Source: an uncultured Elusimicrobia bacterium (GTDB lineage: Bacteria > Elusimicrobiota > Elusimicrobia > UBA1565 > UBA9628). Taken from it: a stretch of 64,000 nt of DNA. Every line of letters starts with the position of its first letter. Position 1 is the stretch's first letter. The stretch is taken from assembly GCA_964510095.1 (NCBI GenBank), contig CAZEAE010000001.1, positions 1 to 64,000 on the forward strand, given 5' to 3'. The notes below the pieces were generated by a model that saw nothing but the letters and a program-made list of their open reading frames with translations, was not told the DNA's origin and ran no database searches. A program made the position numbers and the translations under genes. Positions 1-9,628 of this stretch are shown piece after piece.

Positions 1-118
1 GCTAAAACGCAGTGATCCCCAGCTGTGCCTTCAACTTTAACCGGACAGGAGTGATCCGAATAGAGTCCTACAACCCTGGCACCCGGCTCGACCGCCGAAC
101 TTTATATACTGGCACTCG

Positions 119-1825
119 ATGGGCTTCTCCCGGAAGCTGACGCTCTCCTTCTGCCTGCTCACCGCCTTGGCCATGGGCTTGGCCGACCTTTTGATCACCC
201 ACGCCGTCAAAGCCGACCTAATCCGCGGCTTGGAGGGCACCCTGATCACCCAAGCCCGCCTCATCGCGCAGTCCGGCAAACCGACCGACGCCCGCCGCTT
301 CGCCGAGGCCTGCGGATGCCGCGTCACCTTCATCAGCGCCGACGGCAAGGTGCTTGGAGATTCGGAGGTCCCCCCCGCGGAGCTCGCCGCCGTCGAGAAC
401 CATAAGGACCGTCCGGAGGTCGCCGCGGCCTTGCTGGGCCGGACCGGGCTCGATATCCGACATAGCCGCACCGTCGGCCATGACTTCCTTTACGCTGCAG
501 TGCCTCTGAACCACGCGGGGGTGGTGCGCGCCGCCCTGCCGCTCACCCAGATCCAGAGCCGCGTCGCGGCCACCCGCCGGGCCATCGGAGGCGCCGCGCT
601 TATGGTGCTGGTCGCCGGCCTCCTGGCGGCCTTGTGGCTGTCGCGCTCGCTGAGCCGTCCCGTGCTCGAGATGTCCGCCGTCGCCGAACGACTGGCCCGC
701 GGCGATCACGCCGCTCGCGTCAGGGACCTCGCCCAGGACGAGCACGGACGCTTGGGCGCCACGCTAAACCTGCTGGCCGAGACGGTGCAGCGGCAAGTCC
801 GGGAGCTTTCCCAAGAGAAGGGGCGTTTGCTCTCGATCCTCTCCAATATGGTGGAGGCCGTCGTCGCCGTCGACTCCCACGCCCGCGTCCTGGCCGTCAA
901 CCCCGCCGTCACCGCGCTCTTCGGCGTGAAAGAGGAAGACGCCCTCGGCAAGCCGTTCCTGGAGGCCCTGCGCCACCATCAGCTCAACGTCCTGCTGGCC
1001 TCGGTCCTCAAGGAGCAGGCCCCCCGGTCCGGAGAGGTCCGCATCTTCGTCCCCGCCGAGCTCGTCTTCGAGGCCCACGCCGTGCCGCTGGACGGCGGCG
1101 CGCTGCTGGTCCTGCACGACATCACGCGCCTGCGCCGGCTGGAGCAAGTGCGCCGCGAGTTCGTGGCCAACGTCTCCCACGAGCTGCGCACGCCGCTGAC
1201 CTCCATCCAAGGCTTCGCCGAGACCCTGCGCGGCGCGGCCAAGGACGACGCCGCCGCGCGCGACGAGTTCCTGGGAGAGATCGAGTCCGGCGCCCAGCGC
1301 CTGACCCTGCTAGTCGACGACTTGCTGGAGCTCTCGGCCATCGAGTCCGGCAAGCGCGCCCCGCGCTTGGAGACCGTCGACCTCGCCGCCTTGGCGCGCG
1401 AAGTCGCGCAGAGCCTGGAGCCCGTGGCCCGGCGCAAGGACGCGCGCGTCTCCGTGGAGGCGGAGGCCGGCCTACCTCCCGCGCAAGGCGACCGCGCCCA
1501 ACTGCGGCGCGTCTTGACCAACCTGCTCGACAACGCCCTCAAGTACAACCGCCAGGGCGGCACGGTCACCGTGACGACTCGCATGGAAGGCGCCCTGGTC
1601 GCCCTGCGCGTCGCCGACACCGGCGCCGGCATCCCCCCGCAGGATCTGCCCCGCATCTTCGAACGATTCTACCGCGTCGACAAAGCCCGCTCCGTAGAGC
1701 TGGGCGGCACCGGGCTGGGGCTTTCCATCGTCAAGCACATCGTCGAGGCCCACGGCGGCTCGGTCGCCGTCGAGAGCCGGCTGGGCGAGGGCTCCGCGTT
1801 CACGTTCACCATCCCAAAATGTTAG
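119..1825 (+). CDS. phoR: PhoR-like sensor histidine kinase (2 TM, periplasmic loop, HAMP, PAS, HisKA, HATPase_c)
   Basis: H-box [19 protein letters not shown]; PAS-like [16 protein letters not shown]; G-boxes [13 protein letters not shown]; two N-terminal TM helices; followed by PhoU-like + PiT + ppk genes. Cognate phoB not in window (may lie upstream of position 1). Confidence 0.85.
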   Translation: MGFSRKLTLSFCLLTALAMGLADLLITHAVKADLIRGLEGTLITQARLIAQSGKPTDARRFAEACGCRVTFISADGKVLGDSEVPPAELAAVENHKDRPEVAAALLGRTGLDIRHSRTVGHDFLYAAVPLNHAGVVRAALPLTQIQSRVAATRRAIGGAALMVLVAGLLAALWLSRSLSRPVLEMSAVAERLARGDHAARVRDLAQDEHGRLGATLNLLAETVQRQVRELSQEKGRLLSILSNMVEAVVAVDSHARVLAVNPAVTALFGVKEEDALGKPFLEALRHHQLNVLLASVLKEQAPRSGEVRIFVPAELVFEAHAVPLDGGALLVLHDITRLRRLEQVRREFVANVSHELRTPLTSIQGFAETLRGAAKDDAAARDEFLGEIESGAQRLTLLVDDLLELSAIESGKRAPRLETVDLAALAREVAQSLEPVARRKDARVSVEAEAGLPPAQGDRAQLRRVLTNLLDNALKYNRQGGTVTVTTRMEGALVALRVADTGAGIPPQDLPRIFERFYRVDKARSVELGGTGLGLSIVKHIVEAHGGSVAVESRLGEGSAFTFTIPKC

Positions 1826-1853
1826 ACTCTCGCATCTTGAGCGTGGAGGAACG

Positions 1854-2480
1854 ATGGCCTGGAATCTGATCCCCAAGGAAGAGAAGTTCTATGAGCTCTT
1901 CGAGACGCAAGCCGCCCACAACGTGGAAGCGGCCAAGATCTTCCTCGCGCTGGCCAAGAACTGGGACCTCGCCTCCGACAAGTTCAAGACCCTGCACGAC
2001 CTCGAGCATGAGGCCGACATCACCACCCACGAGATCTACGACAAGCTCAACCGCACCTTCGTCACCCCCTTCGACCGCGAGGACATCCACGAGCTGGCCT
2101 CCGAGCTCGACGACGTCGTCGACCTGATCCAGTCGATCTCCTCGCGCATGCAGCTCTACCACGTCGACCATTCCACCGAGGACCTCAAAGGCATGGCCGA
2201 GATCCTGGTGGACGCCACCGAGGCCGTCAAGCGCGCCATCACGGAGATGAAGAATCCGGAAAAGACCCGCCGCGTCCTTGATTATTGCATCGAGATCAAC
2301 CGCCTGGAGAATGCGGGAGATCGCGCCCTGGAAGTGGCGCTGAGCAAGCTCTTCGACGGCAAGCCCGATCCGCTCGAAGTCATCAAGTGGAAGGAGATCT
2401 ACGAGACCTGCGAGACGGCCATCGACAAGTGCGAGGACATCGCCGGCATGATGGAATCGATCCTGGTGAAGAACTCCTAG
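1854..2480 (+). CDS. DUF47 family protein (PhoU-like phosphate transport regulator, pairs with PiT)
   Basis: 208 aa, helical, DUF47/YkaA-like sequence (NWDLASDKFKTLHDLEHEADITTHEIYDKL...REDIHELASELDDVVD); 10 bp upstream of a PiT transporter gene (classic DUF47-PiT pair). Confidence 0.8.
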   Translation: MAWNLIPKEEKFYELFETQAAHNVEAAKIFLALAKNWDLASDKFKTLHDLEHEADITTHEIYDKLNRTFVTPFDREDIHELASELDDVVDLIQSISSRMQLYHVDHSTEDLKGMAEILVDATEAVKRAITEMKNPEKTRRVLDYCIEINRLENAGDRALEVALSKLFDGKPDPLEVIKWKEIYETCETAIDKCEDIAGMMESILVKNS

Positions 2481-2490
2481 CGCCAACAGC

Positions 2491-3501
2491 TTGAACATCG
2501 TCTTCGACAACCACTTCGCCGTCGTCGCCTCCGTCTGCGCCCTGGCGTATCTCTTCGATTTCCTCAACGGGATGCATGACGCGGCGAATTCGATCGCTAC
2601 CGTGGTCTCGACCCGGGTCCTTTCGCCGCGCAACGCCGTCCTATGGGCCGCCTTCTTCAACTTCATCGCCGCCTTCGTCTTCGGCGTGCACGTGGCCAAC
2701 ACCATCGGCAAGGGCCTGGTCGACCCCAAGATCATAGATAACGCGGTCATCGTCGGCGCGCTGGTCGGCGCCAGCCTCTGGGACTGGATCACGATGCACT
2801 ACGGCATACCGGTCAGCTCCTCACATGCGCTCATCGGCGGACTCTGCGGTGCCGGCATCGCCAAAGCCGGCTTCGCCTGCCTCCTAAAAGAAAAGCTCAC
2901 CATGACCATCATATTCATCTTCCTATCTCCCGCCATCGGCCTCTTCTTCGGCTTCACCCTCATGGTGGCGGTCTTCTGGCTGTTCCGAAATCGCGCGCCG
3001 GGCCAGGTCGACGCGACCTTCCGTGTCGGCCAGCTCGTCTCCGCCGCCCTCTACAGCCTCTCCCATGGCGGCAACGACGCGCAGAAGACGATGGGCATCA
3101 TCTCCGTGCTGCTCTTCGCCAATGGGTACATGGGCGACAAGTTCCACGTACCCTGGTCCGTCATCCTCTCCTGCCATGCCGTGATCGCGCTGGGTACAAT
3201 GATGGGCGGCTGGAAGATCATCCATACCATGGGCAACAAGATCACCAAGCTGCGGCCGGTCGGCGGCTTTTGCGCCGAGACCGGCGCGGGCCTCTCGATC
3301 TTGATCTGCTCGCACTTCGGCATCCCGGTATCGACGACGCACACCATCACCGGCGCGATCGTAGGGGTGGGTTCGACCCAGCGGCTCTCCGCCGTGCGCT
3401 GGGGCGTGGCCGGGCGCATCGTCTGGGCCTGGGTGCTGACGATCCCCTGCGCCGCGCTGACGGCCGCGCTGGTCTACCTGGCCGTCTCACGCTTCATCTA
3501 G
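2491..3501 (+). CDS. pit: Inorganic phosphate transporter, PiT (PHO4) family; TTG start
   Basis: Signature NGMHDAANSIAT near the N-terminus and a second GNDAQKTMGI repeat; ~10 TM segments; the ORF track start at 2491 is a TTG codon, which places the GxHDAAN motif at the usual distance from the N-terminus. Confidence 0.85.
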   Translation: MNIVFDNHFAVVASVCALAYLFDFLNGMHDAANSIATVVSTRVLSPRNAVLWAAFFNFIAAFVFGVHVANTIGKGLVDPKIIDNAVIVGALVGASLWDWITMHYGIPVSSSHALIGGLCGAGIAKAGFACLLKEKLTMTIIFIFLSPAIGLFFGFTLMVAVFWLFRNRAPGQVDATFRVGQLVSAALYSLSHGGNDAQKTMGIISVLLFANGYMGDKFHVPWSVILSCHAVIALGTMMGGWKIIHTMGNKITKLRPVGGFCAETGAGLSILICSHFGIPVSTTHTITGAIVGVGSTQRLSAVRWGVAGRIVWAWVLTIPCAALTAALVYLAVSRFI

Positions 3502-3742
3502 CGCCGGAGCTCCGCCTCTAGATCGTCCAAGACGTACCCCTCTGCTTCTTGCTGGGGGCCGGACGCTCCAAGCGGAAGGCCAAAGCCGCCAGCACCGTCA
3601 CCACCGCCAGGCAGATCATCTCGCTCTCCAGGGTGCCTCCGTGCTGAGGCTAGTATAGGCCCGGCGCCCGGGATATCAAAGAGCTAAGCGGTTACACGCG
3701 GGTGTGATTTTCAGCACAAGACGCCGCTTCCTCCAGCCCCGG

Positions 3743-3760
3743 CTGTCACCGTGCTGTCAC
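3743..3760 (+). promoter_or_regulatory. Pho box-like direct repeat CTGTCAC-cgtg-CTGTCAC upstream of ppk1
   Basis: Two 7-bp CTGTCAC repeats with a 4-bp spacer (11-bp periodicity) match the PhoB consensus CTGTCAT-N4-CTGTCAT; a TATAAT hexamer lies at 3806-3811; ~150 bp upstream of the likely ppk1 ATG at 3911. Confidence 0.35.
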
Positions 3761-3910
3761 CCACCGTTGACCCTGCCGCCACATGGGCGTGGTACCCTTC
3801 ATATTGATATAATGCGAGAAATCCCCCCGGCCCCCCCATTGAGAGCCCCTCGAGCCAAGCCCGTCTCCCCCTTTTCCCCCTTCCGCGTCGAGCTCGGCCG
3901 CTCGCCCAAG

Positions 3911-6007
3911 ATGCCGGAAGGCGCGGCCGCCTCCCGCAGCCTGGAAAAGCGCCTCTTCAACCGCGACTTGTCCTGGCTGCGCTTCAACGACCGCGTGCTG
4001 GCCGAAGCCGCCGACCGCGGCGTGCCGGCCCTGGAGCGCCTGCGCTTCGCCACCATCGTCAGCTCGAACCTCGATGAATTCTTCATGGTCCGCGGCGCCG
4101 AGATCGCCCGCATCGCCCGCCGCCAGCCGCAGATGCGCTTTCCCGACGGCATGACCGCCTCTCAGGTCCATGCCCAGATCCGCGAGCAGGTCCTGCGGCA
4201 GAAGGGCCGCCAAGCGGAGATCCTCGATGACCTCCTCTTGGACCTTCAAACCGAGGGCATCAAGGTCCACGCCGACTTCGATTCAGACCGCAGCCTCGAC
4301 GCCTTGATCCAAAGCCGCCTGCCGAAGCTGACCCTGTCGCTGCGCCGGTCCTCCGAGCCCCTGCCGGCCTTGCCCAGCGCGCGCATCCACGTCTTCGTGC
4401 GCTTCCCGGGCCAGTACGCCGTCATCGCCATCGAGGAGCGCCAGGCGCGCCTCTTGGAGCTGCCGCCGGACGGCAAGCAGCGGCGCTACGCCTTGACCGA
4501 ACGCTGGCTGAGCGCGCGCGCCGCCGAGATCTTCCCCGACCTGGAGGTCATCGAGGCCTTCCCCTTCAAGATCATCCGCGACGCCGACCTGCGCTACCAC
4601 CCCGACGACGAGGAATCCCTGGAGGAGCAGATCGTCACCGCGATCCAGAAGCGCCAGAAGGCGCGCGTCGTGCGCCTGGAGGTCGACGCCCCGACGTATT
4701 CCGAAGGCGCGCTCTTCCTGGCCACGGCCCTCGGCCTGGATTCCGCCGCCCTTTATCGTTTCGACCTGCCGTTGGACCTGCGCACCCTGGCCCTCCTCTA
4801 TAACGAGCCCGGCGCCGACCGTCTGCGCTACGCGCCCATCCAGCCCCAGATCCCCGCCCCTTTCCGCAAGAAGACGACGGTCTTCGACGCCATCCGCCGC
4901 AAGGACCGCCTGCTCCACCACCCTTACGACTCCTTCGACATCGTCGTGCGCTTCCTGCAGGCCGCCGCCGTCGACCCGCAAGTCAACGAGATCAAGCACA
5001 CCCTCTACCGCACCAGCCGGGAGTCTCCGGTCATCGAGGCCCTGAAGGACGCCGCCCAGCGCGGCAAGCGCGTGACGGTCTACGTCGAGATCAAGGCCCG
5101 TTTCGACGAGCTCAACAACGTGCGCACCTCCGGCGAGCTCAAGCGCGCCGGCGTGCGCGTCGTGCAGCCCTTGGGCCGCCACAAGGTGCACAGCAAGCTG
5201 ACCCAGGTCATCCGTCTCGAGGACGGCAAGGAGGTCTCCTACCTGCACCTAGGCACCGGCAACTACCACCCGGTCACCGCGCGCCAATACACCGACCTCG
5301 GCCTGCTCACCGCCGACCAGGACCTGGGCCGCGACATCGCGGCGTATTTCACCGCGCTGTCGAAGGGCAGCCGTCCGGCCGGCTCCGAGGACCTCATGGT
5401 CGCCCCCGGCAGCCTTCACGGGCGCTTCCGCAAGCTGATCCAAGAGGAGATCGACCTTCATAAAGAGAAGGGCGGCGGCCGCATCATCGCCAAGGTGAAT
5501 TCCCTGGTCGACCCGGAGATCATCGAGGCCCTCTACCAAGCCTCGCAGGCCGGAGTCTCCGTCGAGCTGCTGGTGCGCGGCATCTGCTGCCTGCTGCCCG
5601 GCCTCAAGGGCCTGAGCGAGAACATCCGCGTCGTCAGCGTCATCGACCGCTTCCTCGAGCACTCGCGGATCTACTACTTCCACGCCGGCGGAGCGGAGAA
5701 GCTCTACCTGTCGAGCGCGGACTGGATGCCGCGCAATTTCTACAACCGCTACGAGATAGCGTTCCCCGTGAAGGACCCCATCCTGAAAGGCTACGTCCGC
5801 GACGTTATCATGGCCAAGGGGCTCAGCGACAATGTGAAGGCCTGGACGCTCAAGCCCGACGGCTCCTACACCAAGCTGCCGGCTCCCGCCGGCGCGGCCG
5901 AGGTGCGCTCCCAGCTCTACTTCGAGGCGCTGGCCAAGGAAGACTACCGCGACACGGGCCTGGAGCTGCGCGGCAAAGCCAAAAGGAGCGAACCAGCCCC
6001 CTCTTAA
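3911..6007 (+). CDS. ppk: Polyphosphate kinase 1
   Basis: N-terminus LFNRDLSWLRFNDRVLAEA and RFATIVSSNLDEFFMVR are PPK1 hallmarks; two PLD-like C-terminal domains with conserved His (KVHSKLTQVIR; FLEHSRIYYF). The ORF opens at 3704, but the 3812 ATG overlaps the putative -10 and the upstream residues are non-homologous, so 3911 is preferred. Confidence 0.9.
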   Translation: MPEGAAASRSLEKRLFNRDLSWLRFNDRVLAEAADRGVPALERLRFATIVSSNLDEFFMVRGAEIARIARRQPQMRFPDGMTASQVHAQIREQVLRQKGRQAEILDDLLLDLQTEGIKVHADFDSDRSLDALIQSRLPKLTLSLRRSSEPLPALPSARIHVFVRFPGQYAVIAIEERQARLLELPPDGKQRRYALTERWLSARAAEIFPDLEVIEAFPFKIIRDADLRYHPDDEESLEEQIVTAIQKRQKARVVRLEVDAPTYSEGALFLATALGLDSAALYRFDLPLDLRTLALLYNEPGADRLRYAPIQPQIPAPFRKKTTVFDAIRRKDRLLHHPYDSFDIVVRFLQAAAVDPQVNEIKHTLYRTSRESPVIEALKDAAQRGKRVTVYVEIKARFDELNNVRTSGELKRAGVRVVQPLGRHKVHSKLTQVIRLEDGKEVSYLHLGTGNYHPVTARQYTDLGLLTADQDLGRDIAAYFTALSKGSRPAGSEDLMVAPGSLHGRFRKLIQEEIDLHKEKGGGRIIAKVNSLVDPEIIEALYQASQAGVSVELLVRGICCLLPGLKGLSENIRVVSVIDRFLEHSRIYYFHAGGAEKLYLSSADWMPRNFYNRYEIAFPVKDPILKGYVRDVIMAKGLSDNVKAWTLKPDGSYTKLPAPAGAAEVRSQLYFEALAKEDYRDTGLELRGKAKRSEPAPS

Positions 6008-6051
6008 TTGCTAGATTAAGGACCTCATAGCAAAAGCCGTACGGAGGCCCC

Positions 6052-8160
6052 ATGGAACTGCTGAGCTCGTTTGCCGCCCTCTTCGGATTGAAGGCCGGGG
6101 AGTTCGGGATCCTGATCGTCCCCATCCTCGCCGCCCTGCTGCTCTTCGTCCTCTTCCACACCATCGTCATCGTCGGCGGCACGCAGGTCGCCGTCTTGGA
6201 GCGGCGCTGGCTGGGCGGCTCCATGCCGGAAGGCCGCGTCGTCGCCATGGCGGCCCAAGTCGGCATCCAGGCGCGCATCCTCGGCCCCGGCCTGCACTTC
6301 CTGGTCCCGTTCCTCTATAAGGTCGAAAAATTCCCGATGCTCGAGGTCAAGGAGACCGAGGTCGGCTTGGTCGAGTCCATCGACGGCGACCCCGTCTCCC
6401 CCGGCCGCATCTTCGCCAAGGTCGTCCAAGGCCATAATCTTTTCCAGGACGGCGAAGCCTTCCTCACGAATCAAGGCGAAAAGGGACCGCAGATCCAGAT
6501 CCTGCCGCCCGGCCTCTACCGGATCAACCCGTACCTGTTCAAGGTGGCCAAGGTAGCGGCGCTCAACATCGGCAACAACCGCATCGGCATCGTGGTGGCC
6601 GCCGACGGCCAGCCGCTGGCGCCGGGACGTCTGCTCGCCCGGCGCGTCGATGGCCATGAGAGCTTCCAGAACGGCCAAGCCTTCCTTGAAAAAGGCGGCC
6701 AGAAGGGCCCGCAGATCGACATCCTGTTCCCGGGCTCCTACCGCATCAACTCGAAGCTCTTCCAGGTCGAGGTCCGCGAAGCGGTCATGGTCCCGGCCAA
6801 GAAGGAAGGCCTGGTCACGGCGCGCGACGGCGAGCCCTTGCCGCCCACCGAGTACGTGGCCAAGACCGTGGCCGGCCACCGGGATTTCCAGGACGCGGCG
6901 GGCTTCCTCGCCAACGGCGGGCAGCGCGGGCCGCAGCTGGACTTCCTCAAGCCCGGCACCTACTACATCAACCCGCTGATGTTCGACATCAGCTCCGACG
7001 AGGTCCTGGGCGTGCAGCGCGGCGAAGTGGCCGTCATCGTCTCCAACATCGGCAAGGACCCCGCCGGGGAAGCCCTCAGCGGCAAGGTGCCGATGACGGC
7101 CGACGAGGCGGTCAAATTCGGCGTCGAGCGCTACGTCGTCGACTCCGGCTATCGCGGCATCCAGCGCGACGTGCTGGGGCCCGGCACCTACTACCTCAAC
7201 AAGCTGGCCTTCACCCCGCACATCATCCCGACGACCAACATCACCATCGACTGGGCGGAGGAAAAGGTGGCGGGCAAAGGCGCCCGCGGCTTCGACCCCT
7301 TAGCTATCGTGTCTAAAGACGGGTTCGAGATGACCGTCGAGGTCAAAGTCATCCTGCGCGTCCAGCCCCAGCAGGCGCCCCACATGGTGGCCCGCATCGG
7401 CACCATCGAGAACTTAGTCGAGCACGTCATCCATCCCTTGATCGACTCCTCCTTCCGCAACCAGGCGTCCTCGTCGGAAGCGATGAAGTTCATGCAGGAC
7501 CGCTACGAGGAGCAGCGCAAGGCCGAGCAGCACGTCATCGAAGAGCTCAAGCGCTACCACGTCGAGTGCGTCAGCGTCTTGATCTGCCAGATCGGCCTGC
7601 CCGAGCGCCTGATGCTGACGCTCACCAACAAGGTCGTGGCCTCCCAGCAGAAGTCGATGTACGACTCCCAGCAGGAAGCCGAAGCGCGCCGCCGCGAGAT
7701 GGAGAAGACCAAGGCCCAGGCCGACCTGCAGCCGAGCCTGGTCAAGGCCGAGATCGATGTGGAGATCGCCGCCCAGCAGAAGCAGCAAGCCGTCATCCTG
7801 GCCGAAGGCCGCGGGCAGGCCACGCGCCTGGAGCAGGAGGGCATCGCCGCCGGCGTCGCGGCCGTCGGCAAAGCCGAAGGCGAGAAGATCCTGGCCATCG
7901 GAAACGCCACGGCCGAAGCCTACACCAAGCAGGTGCTGGCGATGGGGCAGGCGCCTTTGACGATCATCGAGGTGATGAAGCACGTCTCCGGCGGCAAGGT
8001 CAAGATCACGCCGGACATCATGGTCAGCGGCGGCGGCCAGGGGCAGGGCGACGGCAACTCGTCGAACGTCCTGTCGGCGTTCATGGCCAGCCTCATGACC
8101 AGCGGGATGAAGCTCGTGCCCGCGAAGCCCGAGACGCCGCCTCCGGGCAAAGCCGGCTAG
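6052..8160 (+). CDS. Flotillin/YqiK-like (SPFH superfamily) membrane protein with N-terminal triple ~75-aa repeats
   Basis: N-terminal TM helix; three tandem repeats (GH.LFQDGEAFL..G.KGPQI.IL.PG.YRINP.LF.V at ~6410-7260); C-terminal region with flotillin-like coiled-coil (EAEARRREMEKTKAQADLQ...AEGRGQATRLEQEGIAAG...AEGEKILAIGNATAEAY). Confidence 0.5.
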   Translation: MELLSSFAALFGLKAGEFGILIVPILAALLLFVLFHTIVIVGGTQVAVLERRWLGGSMPEGRVVAMAAQVGIQARILGPGLHFLVPFLYKVEKFPMLEVKETEVGLVESIDGDPVSPGRIFAKVVQGHNLFQDGEAFLTNQGEKGPQIQILPPGLYRINPYLFKVAKVAALNIGNNRIGIVVAADGQPLAPGRLLARRVDGHESFQNGQAFLEKGGQKGPQIDILFPGSYRINSKLFQVEVREAVMVPAKKEGLVTARDGEPLPPTEYVAKTVAGHRDFQDAAGFLANGGQRGPQLDFLKPGTYYINPLMFDISSDEVLGVQRGEVAVIVSNIGKDPAGEALSGKVPMTADEAVKFGVERYVVDSGYRGIQRDVLGPGTYYLNKLAFTPHIIPTTNITIDWAEEKVAGKGARGFDPLAIVSKDGFEMTVEVKVILRVQPQQAPHMVARIGTIENLVEHVIHPLIDSSFRNQASSSEAMKFMQDRYEEQRKAEQHVIEELKRYHVECVSVLICQIGLPERLMLTLTNKVVASQQKSMYDSQQEAEARRREMEKTKAQADLQPSLVKAEIDVEIAAQQKQQAVILAEGRGQATRLEQEGIAAGVAAVGKAEGEKILAIGNATAEAYTKQVLAMGQAPLTIIEVMKHVSGGKVKITPDIMVSGGGQGQGDGNSSNVLSAFMASLMTSGMKLVPAKPETPPPGKAG

Positions 8161-8678
8161 CCGGGCTTGGCCGGTTCCGGCGCCTTGGCCTTCAGCGCTT
8201 TTTTGATGTCCGAGGCGTACAGGAAGCTGGGGCTGATGCGCAGCGCGATGCGCCCGTAGGGGTCGATGATGAAGACCTCCGGGCGCACCCGCGAGCCGTA
8301 GGCGCCGGCCAGCGCGCCGTCCAAGCCGATCCAGGCATGCATGGGATGGAGCTTCATGAAGGCCTCCACCGTCTCGCGAGGCTCATCGGTGACCGAGAGG
8401 AAGCGCACCGGTTGGTCCTTGAATGAGTCCACCAGCTTGTTCATGTGCGGCAGCTTCTCGAGACATGGCCCGCACCAAGTGGCCCAGAACTCCAGCACGA
8501 CGACCTGCCCGCGCAGGTCCTTGAGCGAGGCCAGGGACGTCATCGGAGCCTGAAGCAGTTCCTGGACGCCCGCGTCGGGGGCCCAGACGACGGGCTTGGG
8601 CGCGCGGCAGCCGGTGATGAACGCCCCCAGCAGAAGGCTTAACACTTGTCGACAAAGGCACTTCATCCCTGGCACCAA
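8157..8678 (-). CDS. TlpA-like thiol-disulfide oxidoreductase (thioredoxin fold, redoxin family), secreted/lipoprotein
   Basis: WCGPC active site in VLEFWATWCGPCLEKLPHM; N-terminal signal/lipobox-like LLLGAFITGC; convergent 4-nt stop overlap with the upstream plus-strand gene. Confidence 0.7.
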   Translation of the reverse strand: MVPGMKCLCRQVLSLLLGAFITGCRAPKPVVWAPDAGVQELLQAPMTSLASLKDLRGQVVVLEFWATWCGPCLEKLPHMNKLVDSFKDQPVRFLSVTDEPRETVEAFMKLHPMHAWIGLDGALAGAYGSRVRPEVFIIDPYGRIALRISPSFLYASDIKKALKAKAPEPAKPG

Positions 8679-8683
8679 ACGTT

Positions 8684-9475
8684 TCAGTGGTTCTTCAGGA
8701 AGAACGACTGGCAGCGGTGGTACTTGTCCAGGGGCTCGCGGCGCAGGCTGAATTCGCGGCCCAAGGCGGCGTTGAAGTCGGTCAGCTCGTCGACGTGCGC
8801 GAGCTTGGCTTCCAGGCTGCCGCCCGGCGACTTGATCTCGTTCTCGAACTCGCAGAAGGTCGATAGGGGATGCGGCCCCGTCTTGCCGATATGGAAGGCG
8901 AAGATGCGGTCCAAGGACGGCTCGAGAAAAGCATTGCCGAGCTCGACCAAGAACTTCTCTTTTTGATATATCGACAGGATCGGGCCGACGTTGATCCTCG
9001 CGATGACGCTCTTGCCCAGGTGCAGGCGCATGGCGCGCGCCATGGCCGGCTCGGCGTGGTTGTCCAGGATATCGCGGACGGAGGTGCGGGAGAACTTGAC
9101 GATATCATGCCGGCTCTCCTCCATCAAGACGTGCTTGAGCCGCTCGGTGGAGAACTCGGAGCGGAAGAGCATGCCGTTGCGGTGGAAGCCCGGGCCTTTG
9201 TACTGCAGATAGACGCTGGAGCCGCCCTTTTTGTACCGTAACCGCAGGCTGGCCCCGACGCGGAAGACGTCCATGTTCGGGGTATCGAGGAATTGGTCGA
9301 AAAAGAAGGAACTCTTTTCGACTTGGACCTTCTTGCGCTTGAGCAGGAACTTGCGGATGTCCTTGACGTCCTCGGGGCGCACGCGGTGCTTGGACTCGAC
9401 TTCGACGTACTTCCAGTCCTCGATGCCCAGGCGCCGGCAGATCTGGTCGGATTCGCTCTCTGAATCTCGTCTCAT
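8684..9475 (-). CDS. CYTH/VTC-like triphosphate tunnel metalloenzyme domain protein (putative inorganic triphosphatase/polyP-related)
   Basis: N-terminal ExExK motif (YVEVESKHRV) characteristic of the CYTH superfamily; 263 aa; located in a ppk1/PiT neighbourhood. Family assignment from motif and context only. Confidence 0.45.
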   Translation of the reverse strand: MRRDSESESDQICRRLGIEDWKYVEVESKHRVRPEDVKDIRKFLLKRKKVQVEKSSFFFDQFLDTPNMDVFRVGASLRLRYKKGGSSVYLQYKGPGFHRNGMLFRSEFSTERLKHVLMEESRHDIVKFSRTSVRDILDNHAEPAMARAMRLHLGKSVIARINVGPILSIYQKEKFLVELGNAFLEPSLDRIFAFHIGKTGPHPLSTFCEFENEIKSPGGSLEAKLAHVDELTDFNAALGREFSLRREPLDKYHRCQSFFLKNH

Positions 9476-9628
9476 CGCAGTGCCGCAAGGATAACATATT
9501 TGCGAGCGCGGCCCTCCGCCGCGGGGCTCTTTGCCGCTTTTTTACTCAGACGCCATCTCCTGGAAATCAATTCGCTCGATCGCGGGGCTACCCTATGGCG
9601 AGGGAAGACCCTTCCCAGGAGGCTGCCC

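Noticed and set aside
634-1869. 411-aa ORF overlapping the histidine kinase in another frame (Arg/Pro-rich)
   Set aside because: Frame-shifted shadow ORF of a high-GC gene; the kinase frame carries all conserved HisKA/HATPase motifs.
3502-3700. Intergenic region between pit and ppk1 scanned for a terminator or small RNA
   Set aside because: Only a weak 5-bp GC hairpin (cccgg-cgc-ccggg, ~3670) without a T-tract. Not supportable as a terminator.
3704-3910. 5' extension of ppk1 (start at 3704 or 3812)
   Set aside because: The extension is Pro/Arg-rich with no homology to the PPK1 N-domain. The 3812 ATG overlaps the candidate TATAAT -10. Homology to PPK1 begins right after the 3911 ATG.
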